The notes beneath the pieces were generated by a model. That model had not been told where the DNA came from, did not search any database, and saw nothing but the letters and a program-made list of their open reading frames with translations. A DNA stretch of 48,774 bases, taken from assembly GCA_046727755.1 (NCBI GenBank), contig JBKPDG010000118.1, positions 1 through 48,774 on the forward strand. Reading direction: 5' to 3'. The stretch comes from Actinomycetota bacterium. Lineage in GTDB: Bacteria > Actinomycetota > Acidimicrobiia > IMCC26256 > JACDBD01. Positions 17,943 through 25,497 of this stretch are shown one piece after another. How positions within the stretch are numbered: the first letter of the stretch is position 1; the number at the start of each line of letters is the position of its first letter. The translations under genes were made by a program, and so were the position numbers.

Positions 17943-18863
17943 TTAGTAGGCCAGCTTCAGGCCTGGCCACGGCCAGGGCGCCGACGCGAGCGTGCCCGTC
18001 GCCGAGCACGTCACGAACGCGGTCCGAAGATCGTCGCCACCGAAGCAGATGTTGGTCACCATCGGGTCCGGGAACGGCACGTGCTCGGCGCTGCTCCCGT
18101 CGGGCGCGATGACGGTCACGCCGCCGTTCACGAGCGTCGCCACCGCGACGTTGCCGTCGCCGTCGACGGCCAGCGAGTCGAACAGCTGCATCCCGGGGAG
18201 CCCGCACACGAGCTGTCCCCCGTTGCCGACGGGTGGTGCCGGCGCGGCGAGCTCGCCGGGGCCGGCCAGCTCCCAGGCGAACAGCCGCCCGGCGAATGTC
18301 TCCGCCGCGTAGACGCGCGTGCCGTCGGGCGACAAGCCGACGCCGTTGGGGCCGTCGAGCGGGTACACGACCTCACGGATCTCCGAGCCGTCGGGACGGG
18401 CGTAGTAGAGGCCGCCGTGCGTCTTGTCGCGCTCGCGCCAGCGGCCGTGGTCGGTGAACCAGAACCCGCCTGTGTCGTCGAAGACGAGGTCGTTGGGCCC
18501 GATGAGGTCGTGCCCGTCGCACTCGCGGTACAGCACAGTGACCTCGCCGGTCGCGAGATCGACGCGTTCGACGCGGCCGCCCGAGTGATCACCGGGCAGG
18601 TAGCTGTCGGGGATCGTGAGGCCGCCGAGGTCGTGCGACCCGTACCCGCCGCTGTTGCACACGTAGAGCGCACGGTCGGGACCGATGGCGAGCCCGTTGG
18701 GGCTGCCGCCGTTCTCCGACACGATTTCCTTCTTGCCGTCCGGTTGCACGCGCACGACGGTGCCGCCCAGCAGCTCGGTGCACAGCACACTCCCGTCGGG
18801 CATCCACACCGGCCCCTCAGGAAAGCGCAACCCGCTCGTGATCTCGGTGATCTCCACGTCCAT
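17943..18863 (-). CDS. SMP-30/gluconolactonase/LRE-family beta-propeller (second, divergent paralogue)
   Basis: ATG 18863 (MDVEITEI...). LRFPEGPVWMPDGSVL, PNGLAIGPDRALYVCN, PNDLVFDDTGGFWFTD, PNGVGLSPDG, ICFGGDDLRTAFVT. Confidence 0.8.
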   Translation of the reverse strand: MDVEITEITSGLRFPEGPVWMPDGSVLCTELLGGTVVRVQPDGKKEIVSENGGSPNGLAIGPDRALYVCNSGGYGSHDLGGLTIPDSYLPGDHSGGRVERVDLATGEVTVLYRECDGHDLIGPNDLVFDDTGGFWFTDHGRWRERDKTHGGLYYARPDGSEIREVVYPLDGPNGVGLSPDGTRVYAAETFAGRLFAWELAGPGELAAPAPPVGNGGQLVCGLPGMQLFDSLAVDGDGNVAVATLVNGGVTVIAPDGSSAEHVPFPDPMVTNICFGGDDLRTAFVTCSATGTLASAPWPWPGLKLAY

Positions 18864-18882
18864 GGCCGGAGCGAAGCACCTG

Positions 18883-18900
18883 CTTGACCGGTTGGTCAAG
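18883..18900. promoter_or_regulatory. Candidate operator: perfect palindrome CTTGACCggttGGTCAAG in a divergent promoter
   Basis: 7+7 inverted repeat read directly from the sequence. Identical arms recur at 37041-37058. Both arms contain the -35-like TTGACC. Confidence 0.5.
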
Positions 18901-18919
18901 GGCGAGTTGCATGGCTCGC

Positions 18920-19933
18920 ATGAAGCTGCGCTTGGAGCCGTCCGACGAGTACATGCACCCGCTGGAGTCGGCGACGAACTTCAACGAGTCCATGTACTTC
19001 AACTTCTTCGACCCCGCCGACCGCATCGGTGGATGGGTCCGTCTCGGCAACCGGGCCAACGAGGGCTACGCCGAGATGACGACGTGCATATACCTCCCGG
19101 ACGGACGCGTCGGCTTCATGTTCAGCCGGCCCGAGATCGCCGACAACGACGCGTTCGACGCCGGCGGCATGCGATTCGAAGTGCGCGAGCCGTTCAAGGA
19201 ACAGCACGTCACGTATGACGGCAAGGTCGCGCTGCTGGAACGTCCGCTCGAGATGGCGAACCCGCGCCAGGCGTTCACTGAGAACCCGTGGATCGACGCC
19301 ACCGTCGAGCTCAATTACCGCGGCGTGTCGCCCATGTGGGGCGGCGAACCCGTGAACGACGACGGCTCCCCCATCACCGAGAACGCCGAGCAGGGCTTCG
19401 CCCGCGGTCATTACGAGCAGCACGTCGGCGCACGCGGCGTCGTGCGCGTCGGCGACGAGGAGTGGGAGGTCGACGGCTTCGGGTTGCGTGATCACTCGTG
19501 GGGACCCCGCTTCTGGCAGTCACCGTGGTGGTATCGGTGGCTGACCGCCAACTTCGGCGAGGACTTCGGATTTGTCATCTCGATCGTGACGTCGCGCGAC
19601 GGCGGCCAGCGCATCGGCGGCGTCGTGCTCGAGGACGGCGAGTACCGCACGATCGACGACGCGAAGCTCGAGACCGACTGGCGCGGCGCCGACTCGTACC
19701 ACCAGGAGGTGCGGGCGGTCGCCCACACCGCGGACCGCGACTACGAGATCGAGGGCAGCGTCCTATCCCTCATCCCGCTGCGAAACCGGCGCAAGACGCC
19801 GGACGGCGACATGCTCGTAACCCGCATCTCCGAGGGCATGACCGAGTGGCGCTGCGACGGCAAGGTCGGGTTCGGCCTCTCCGAGTACCTCGACCAGATG
19901 GTCGACGGGCAGCCTGTCGGCGTCAACGCCTGA
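18920..19933 (+). CDS. Conserved hypothetical beta-rich protein (possibly AttH/CrtC-like double barrel; family not identified)
   Basis: Long ORF with native codon bias: ESATNFNESMYFNFFDP...GWVRLGNRANEGYAEMTTCIYLPDGR...RDHSWGPRFWQSPWWYRWLTANF. Possible starts are ATG 18920 (fits a leaderless geometry), ATG 18911 or TTG 18884. Confidence 0.7.
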   Translation: MKLRLEPSDEYMHPLESATNFNESMYFNFFDPADRIGGWVRLGNRANEGYAEMTTCIYLPDGRVGFMFSRPEIADNDAFDAGGMRFEVREPFKEQHVTYDGKVALLERPLEMANPRQAFTENPWIDATVELNYRGVSPMWGGEPVNDDGSPITENAEQGFARGHYEQHVGARGVVRVGDEEWEVDGFGLRDHSWGPRFWQSPWWYRWLTANFGEDFGFVISIVTSRDGGQRIGGVVLEDGEYRTIDDAKLETDWRGADSYHQEVRAVAHTADRDYEIEGSVLSLIPLRNRRKTPDGDMLVTRISEGMTEWRCDGKVGFGLSEYLDQMVDGQPVGVNA

Positions 19934-19943
19934 CACCCGCGCC

Positions 19944-21791
19944 CTACCAGCTGCCGCCGCCTCCACCGCCGGCGCCGCCACCCGAAAACCCACCCCCGGA
20001 GAAGCCGCTCGAGCCCGATGTCGACGGGGGCGTCGACGTGAGCGTCCCGGACGTCGAGACGGTGAACCCGTCGATCGCGCCCGAGAACGCGAGGAACGTG
20101 AACGGCGCCGTCGAGATGTACCACGACGACGTGTCGGGCGGCTGGTCGTCGAGCCCGGCGAACGCCGCCGCCCACTTGCCGGTGGCGCCGAAGACGATCG
20201 CGTACGGCAGGTACTCGGAGAAGAGGTTCTTCCTCTCCGCGAATCGGGCGCGCTCCTTCTCGGATTCGTTGATGAAGCGGCGGAACCCTTCGGTTCGGCG
20301 CAACACGGCCGTGCCCTTCGCCGTGCGTTGGGGCATCCAGTACGCGCCGAAGATGAGCAGGATTCCCGCAACGACGAGCGGAATGCCGAGCACCGCCAGA
20401 TGCGTGAACAAGATGAGCAACGTCATCACGCCCGCCCCGAGCAGCAGCACGAGCACGGCGAGGCAACCCCACTGCATGCGGGTCGCCGACGGCGGCCGCA
20501 CGAACCAGCCTTGCGCCGTCGCGTCGTCGGTGAGCGCCTGCTGCACCTCGTTCATGCGCGCGGCGAAGGTGTACTGCAGGTCCGAGAGCTTGACCTCGTT
20601 GCCGTCATCGAACAGCGCGGCGAGGAGCCGCTGCTCGTACGCCTTGAGCTCGGCCCCCGGCTCCTTCTTCTTGGTCAGCTTCCAGTCGGGCTTGTGGAGG
20701 AAGCCTCCTTCGCCCGGAATCTCCTCGATCACGAGGTAGCCGCGCACGGCGAGGTCGACGATGGTGGCGGTCACGTCAAGCGGGTTGGCGGTGAAGTCGA
20801 CGAGCGTCCCGAGTTGGCCCGGACGGAGGTCGTCGGGAGGGACGAACTCGACGGGGGTCTCCTCGTGGTGCAGGACCGGGACATGCTCGTCGGCGCCGCT
20901 CTCGCTGCCGAACGCGGCGTCGACGGCGGACCCGCGGTAGCGGCGGTCGCGCCCGAAGCGGTACTGAAGGAACAGGAAGACGAGCAGCACGATGGCGAGC
21001 AACGCGCCGCCGAGCCCGAGGGTGACCGGCGTGAGCGAGAAGGCCGTCCCGAGGTTGAAGCGCTCCTCGAGGATCGGCTTCGGTGGCGGCACCACGCCCT
21101 TCGCCATGCCGACGACGACGGTCACGGCGGCACCGGGCGGGAAGTCGTCCTGGGTGAAGGTCGCCGTCGTGCCGGCGCTCGTCGCGCTCGCACAGGGAAG
21201 ACTCGACCTCACGGGACCGCTGAAGCACGCGACCTGGTTGATGTCGGCCGGGGCGGTGACGCGCACCGTCGCCCGCTGGATGGGCACGCTCCAGCCGGGA
21301 CCGATCGCGTTGAGGTTCAGCTCGTCGTGGTCCTCGAAGCCGTTCAGCACGCCGCGCAGCGTGTACGTGATGTCGTATGTGTGCTCGCCGCTGATGGTGC
21401 GGTCGGGGTCACCGATCTTGATCCGCTTCAGGCCGATGCCGTCGATGTCGCCGCTCTCGAGCGTGAACTGCGCCGGGGTCCCTTCGGACGCCTGCACGGA
21501 TTCGACCTCGAGCGGGTACACCCGGTCGTGGTTCGCCTTGGGCTCGTAATCGAAGCGGACCGGGACGTCCCGGAAGATCCCGTGCTTGTTGGGGACGACG
21601 CCGAAGTTGTAGTCGATCGTCTCGTGGACCCCGACGATTCCGGTCGGCTCGATCGTGACGTCGACGTCGTAGTTGCGGATCTGCTCGGGACCGAATTGTG
21701 CGCTCGCCTCGGGCACCGCCGGGGCTGCGAGCGCGACGACGGCCACGACTCCCGCGAGTCCTCCGAGGAAGGCTGCCCGCCCGAAACGCAC
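19944..21791 (-). CDS. DUF2207-family membrane protein with a Gly-rich C-terminal tail
   Basis: GTG 21791 with a signal/TM segment (AAFLGGLAGVVAVVALAAPA). Extracytoplasmic beta domain (IRNYDVDVTIEPTG...), several TM helices, and the tail SGFSGGGFSGGGAGGGGGGSW typical of DUF2207. Confidence 0.8.
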   Translation of the reverse strand: MRFGRAAFLGGLAGVVAVVALAAPAVPEASAQFGPEQIRNYDVDVTIEPTGIVGVHETIDYNFGVVPNKHGIFRDVPVRFDYEPKANHDRVYPLEVESVQASEGTPAQFTLESGDIDGIGLKRIKIGDPDRTISGEHTYDITYTLRGVLNGFEDHDELNLNAIGPGWSVPIQRATVRVTAPADINQVACFSGPVRSSLPCASATSAGTTATFTQDDFPPGAAVTVVVGMAKGVVPPPKPILEERFNLGTAFSLTPVTLGLGGALLAIVLLVFLFLQYRFGRDRRYRGSAVDAAFGSESGADEHVPVLHHEETPVEFVPPDDLRPGQLGTLVDFTANPLDVTATIVDLAVRGYLVIEEIPGEGGFLHKPDWKLTKKKEPGAELKAYEQRLLAALFDDGNEVKLSDLQYTFAARMNEVQQALTDDATAQGWFVRPPSATRMQWGCLAVLVLLLGAGVMTLLILFTHLAVLGIPLVVAGILLIFGAYWMPQRTAKGTAVLRRTEGFRRFINESEKERARFAERKNLFSEYLPYAIVFGATGKWAAAFAGLDDQPPDTSSWYISTAPFTFLAFSGAIDGFTVSTSGTLTSTPPSTSGSSGFSGGGFSGGGAGGGGGGSW

Positions 21792-21829
21792 TGACGGGAA
21801 TCTAACCGCCGCCGGGCTACCGTTCCGCC

Positions 21830-22819
21830 GTGCCCGCCCGCGTCGACGACCAGCCGCTCGCGGCCGCGGTCGGCCGCCATCTGGGGCAGCCGGTGACGAT
21901 CGAGGGCCTGCGCCGCCTGTCGGGCGGCGCGTCTCGTGAGACGTGGTCGTTCGACGCGGTCGCGGGCGGCGGTGCCCGCCATGCACTCGTCCTGCGCCGC
22001 GATCCGGGCGCGTCGGTGGGGCTGTCGGACCGCTCGGTCGAGTTCGCGCTGCTGGCCGTCGCGCACCAGGGCGGCGTCGCCACGCCGCAGGTCTGGTTCC
22101 TCCTCGAGCCGGGCGACGGCCTGGGCTCCGGCTTCGTGATGGAACGCATCGACGGTGAGACGATCCCTCGTCGCATTTTGCGCGACGACCCGTACGCAGA
22201 CGCCCGCCCGGAGCTCGCGCGTCAGTGCGGCGAACAGGCGGCGCGCATCCACGCCCTCGACCCGGCGCGGCTTCCGTCGCTCCCGGTCCAGGGCGCGCGC
22301 GAGCAGATCGACCTGTATCGCGGGTACCTCGACGGGTTCGGCGAGCCCCACCCCGCGTTCGAGCTCGGCCTGCGCTGGCTCGCCGAGCACGCGCCGCCCG
22401 ACCCGCCACAGCCGGCGCTGGTCCACGGCGACTTCCGCAACGGCAACTTCGTCGTCGGGCCCGACGGCATCCGAGCGGTCCTCGATTGGGAGCTCGCACA
22501 CCTCGGCGACCCGGTCGAGGACCTCGGCTGGTTGTGCGTGAAGTCGTGGCGTTTCGGCGTGACCGACCGGCCCGTGGGCGGCTTCGGCGCCGTGGAGGAC
22601 CTGCTCGCGGCGTACCGGGCCGCCGGGGGACGGGACGTCGATCCGGTCGAGCTTCGCTACTGGGAGGCGATGGGCACGCTGAAGTGGGGCGTGATCTGCG
22701 AGATCCAGGCGTTCACCCACCTGCAGGGCGCGGTCCGCTCGGTGGAGCTGGCGACGCTGGGCCGGCGGGTCGCCGAGATGGAGTGGGACCTGCTCGAGCT
22801 CATCGAACAGGACACGTGA
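21830..22819 (+). CDS. APH-like phosphotransferase family protein (acyl-CoA-dehydrogenase-associated kinase type)
   Basis: LSGGASRETWSF, FVMERIDG, catalytic LVHGDFRNGNFVV, DWELAHLGDPVEDLGW. Confidence 0.8.
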   Translation: MPARVDDQPLAAAVGRHLGQPVTIEGLRRLSGGASRETWSFDAVAGGGARHALVLRRDPGASVGLSDRSVEFALLAVAHQGGVATPQVWFLLEPGDGLGSGFVMERIDGETIPRRILRDDPYADARPELARQCGEQAARIHALDPARLPSLPVQGAREQIDLYRGYLDGFGEPHPAFELGLRWLAEHAPPDPPQPALVHGDFRNGNFVVGPDGIRAVLDWELAHLGDPVEDLGWLCVKSWRFGVTDRPVGGFGAVEDLLAAYRAAGGRDVDPVELRYWEAMGTLKWGVICEIQAFTHLQGAVRSVELATLGRRVAEMEWDLLELIEQDT

Positions 22820-23181
22820 TGCAGGACAGGCCGACAGCCGCCGAGCTGCTCGAGGCGATCCGGGAGTTCCTGGAGCACGACGTGATGCCCGCCGCTGAAG
22901 GCCGCGTGAAGTTCCACACCCGCGTCGCCGTCAACGCGCTCGGGATGCTCGAGCGTGAGCTCAGCCTCGGCCCCGAGCTCGACGCCGCCGACCGCGCCCG
23001 GCTGGGCGCGCTGCTCGACCACGACGCCGACCTCCCCGTCCTGACTGCCGAGCTGGCGGGCCGCATCCGGGACGGCTCCCTCGACGACCGCCGCGCCGAG
23101 GTCATCGTCGCCGTCCGGGAGTCCGTGCGGGCGAAGCTGCTGGTCTCGAACCCGGGCTACCTCGGGGACGGCGTCGGGTAG
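22819..23181 (+). CDS. Small DUF6285-like protein coupled to the kinase
   Basis: ATG 22819 shares its A with the kinase TGA (TGATG). 120 aa: MQDRPTAAELLEAIREFLEHDVMP...FHTRVAVNALGMLEREL. The family name is from memory. Confidence 0.6.
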   Translation: MQDRPTAAELLEAIREFLEHDVMPAAEGRVKFHTRVAVNALGMLERELSLGPELDAADRARLGALLDHDADLPVLTAELAGRIRDGSLDDRRAEVIVAVRESVRAKLLVSNPGYLGDGVG

Positions 23182-23193
23182 GTTCCGGTCGCG

Positions 23194-23988
23194 ATGCGGT
23201 TCGCGACCTGGAACGTGAACTCCCTGAAGGCCCGCCTCCCCCGGGTCGAGGACTGGGTGCAGTACGCGCACCCGGACGTGCTGTGCCTCCAGGAGACCAA
23301 GCTCTCCGACGACACCTTCCCGCAGCTCACGTTCCAGACGCTCGGCTACGACTCCGTGCACCACGGGCCGGGGCAGTGGAACGGGGTGGCCATCCTGTCG
23401 CGAGCGGGTGTCGGCGACGTGACGTCCGGGTTCGACGGCACCGAGCTCGTCGACCCGTATGAGGGCGACGCACGCCTCCTGTCCGCCATGTGCGGCGGAG
23501 TCCGCGTGATCTGCGTCTACGTGCCCAACGGCCGCAAGGTCGGCACCGAGTTCTACGAGCGCAAGCTGGCATGGCTGGAATGCCTCCACGACTGGGTTGC
23601 CGCCACGTACAAGCCCTCCGACCCGATCGTGATGATGGGTGACTTCAACGTCGCGCCCGAGGATCGCGATCTCTGGTCGCCGAAGGCGTTCATCGGCGAC
23701 ACGCACGTCACCGAGCCGGAACGCACCGCCGTCGCCCGGTTGCGCGACTGGGGGTTCGTCGACGCCTTCCGGGCGCTGTACCCGCAAGAGAAGCTGTTCA
23801 CGTATTGGGACTACCGCCGCGGCGACTTCCACGAGCACCGCGGCATGCGCATCGACCTCGCCTACGTCACCGAGCCGTTGGTCGACCGCATCCGGTGGGG
23901 ACTGGTCGATCGGTTCGCCCGCAAGGGCAAGCTGCCGTCCGACCATGCGCCCCTCTTCATCGACATCGAGGCAGGAGACCAAACATGA
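23194..23988 (+). CDS. xthA: Exodeoxyribonuclease III (AP endonuclease)
   Basis: MRFATWNVNSLKARL...VLCLQETK...GDFNVAPEDRD...RIDLAYV...PSDHAPLFIDI. Confidence 0.93.
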   Translation: MRFATWNVNSLKARLPRVEDWVQYAHPDVLCLQETKLSDDTFPQLTFQTLGYDSVHHGPGQWNGVAILSRAGVGDVTSGFDGTELVDPYEGDARLLSAMCGGVRVICVYVPNGRKVGTEFYERKLAWLECLHDWVAATYKPSDPIVMMGDFNVAPEDRDLWSPKAFIGDTHVTEPERTAVARLRDWGFVDAFRALYPQEKLFTYWDYRRGDFHEHRGMRIDLAYVTEPLVDRIRWGLVDRFARKGKLPSDHAPLFIDIEAGDQT

Positions 23989-24332
23989 GCGACGCCGAGA
24001 TCCGCGACCTTCTCGATCGGTTCAACGGCGCGTGGGGCGACCACGACCTCGACGCCGCCCTCGCGTTGTGCACGGACGACTGCGTGTTCGAGAGCACCGG
24101 CCCCGCGCCCGACGGCGAACGGCACGAGGGGCTGGAGGCGGTGCGGGCGGCATGGAAGCCGATCTTCGACGACACCCGCGCCAACTTCGACGCCGAGGAC
24201 GCGTTTCCTGCGGGCGATCGGTACGTGCAGCGGTGGCGTTACGACTGGGGCGACGGCCACGTGCGCGGCGTCGATGTCTTCCGGCTCCGTGATGGCAAGG
24301 TCGCCGAGAAGCTCTCGTACGTGAAGGGCTGA
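23985..24332 (+). CDS. SnoaL-like / NTF2-fold protein
   Basis: ATGA overlap with xthA. 115 aa: IRDLLDRFNGAWGDHDLDAALALCTDDCVFEST...GVDVFRLRDGKVAEKLSYVKG. Confidence 0.7.
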   Translation: MSDAEIRDLLDRFNGAWGDHDLDAALALCTDDCVFESTGPAPDGERHEGLEAVRAAWKPIFDDTRANFDAEDAFPAGDRYVQRWRYDWGDGHVRGVDVFRLRDGKVAEKLSYVKG

Positions 24333-24343
24333 CGCCCGCCGAT

Positions 24344-25381
24344 TCAGGTGAACTCGAGGGCTCGCCGGGCCAGCGCCGGCACGCCCTCCTCGAGCAACGC
24401 GAAGAACGCGTCGTCGCTCGTGCCGGCCCGGAAACGAGCGTACGACCCTTCCATCACGCACGCGAGCTTGAACAGCCCGAGCACGCAGTAGAAGTCGAGG
24501 TGCTCGAGATCGCGCCCCGTCGCCCGGGCGTACCGGTCGGCGAGTTGGGCGCGGGTTGGGAGGTTCGGCGCGTGCGCGAGCGGCGCGTTGGCGCCGAACG
24601 CGCCCGCCTCACCGGCCTCGTTCCAGAGGCCGACCAGCCACCCGACGTCCACGAGCGGATCGCCGATCGTCGCCTGCTCCCAGTCGAGCACCGCGATCGG
24701 CTCCACCGGCAGCGTCGACGCGAACATCACGTTGTCGAGCTTGTAGTCGCCGTGGATGACGGTGGGCGGCTGCATCGCCGGCGTGTTGGCCGCCAGCCAT
24801 GCGCCGGCCTCGTCGACCTCCGGGAGCTCCCGCGTCTTGTACCGGGCGAGCTGGCCGAGCCAGCGCGGCACCTGCCGGTCGAGATAGCCCTCGGGCTTCC
24901 CGAAGTCGGCGAGACCGCCGGCCCTCCAGTCGAAGGCGTGGATCGCCGCGAGCGCGTCCACGAGCGCGTGCGCAAGCGCGACGGGCGTCTCGGAGTCGTC
25001 GGCCAGCGGTGCCGGGATCTGCTCTCGTACGACGAGGCCGTCGAGCCGTTCCATGACATAGAAGGGCACGCCGAGCACGTCGGTGTCGATGCAGAGCGCG
25101 ATAGGGCGCGGGATCGGCACCGACGCGCCGTGGTCGCTGAACGCGCACAGCAGCCGGTACTCGCGCGCCATGTCGTGCGCCGTGGGCGAGATCGGCGTGC
25201 GCGGCGGCCGGCGCAGGGCGAGGTCGAGATCGCCGCGACGGACGGAGAACACCTCGTTCGAGTGACCGGTCGTGATGCGCTCGACCGCGATCGGCGCACC
25301 CGCTGCGAGGCCGTGGGCGTCCATCCACGCCGCCAGCCGGTGCGGGTCGACGAGCGGGCGCGGTGCGCCGGAATCGGCCAT
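24344..25381 (-). CDS. APH-like phosphotransferase family protein (second copy)
   Basis: GHSNEVFSV, FYVMERLDG, catalytic VIHGDYKLDNVMF, DWEQATIGDPLVDVGW. Confidence 0.8.
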   Translation of the reverse strand: MADSGAPRPLVDPHRLAAWMDAHGLAAGAPIAVERITTGHSNEVFSVRRGDLDLALRRPPRTPISPTAHDMAREYRLLCAFSDHGASVPIPRPIALCIDTDVLGVPFYVMERLDGLVVREQIPAPLADDSETPVALAHALVDALAAIHAFDWRAGGLADFGKPEGYLDRQVPRWLGQLARYKTRELPEVDEAGAWLAANTPAMQPPTVIHGDYKLDNVMFASTLPVEPIAVLDWEQATIGDPLVDVGWLVGLWNEAGEAGAFGANAPLAHAPNLPTRAQLADRYARATGRDLEHLDFYCVLGLFKLACVMEGSYARFRAGTSDDAFFALLEEGVPALARRALEFT

Positions 25382-25497
25382 GCTCGGATTCTGTCCGGCC
25401 GGCTGTGACCCACGTCATCTGGCGGTGACAGGCCCGCCGGCACATGATGATCAAGTTGACTTAACGCTGATAACCGAACGCCTGGGGGGCGCCTCGG

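Noticed and set aside
21792-22499. 236-codon N-terminal extension of the DUF2207 ORF (the track ORF runs to 22499)
   Set aside because: The extension is R/P/G/A-rich junk and overlaps the well-supported kinase gene on the other strand. The protein-like sequence begins with a signal/TM segment right after GTG 21791.
25453-25462. AAGTTGACTT as the TetR operator of the mmpL operon
   Set aside because: It is only an 8/10 palindrome, and I found no properly spaced -10 hexamer by eye. I kept it as context in the mmpL finding and did not call it a feature.
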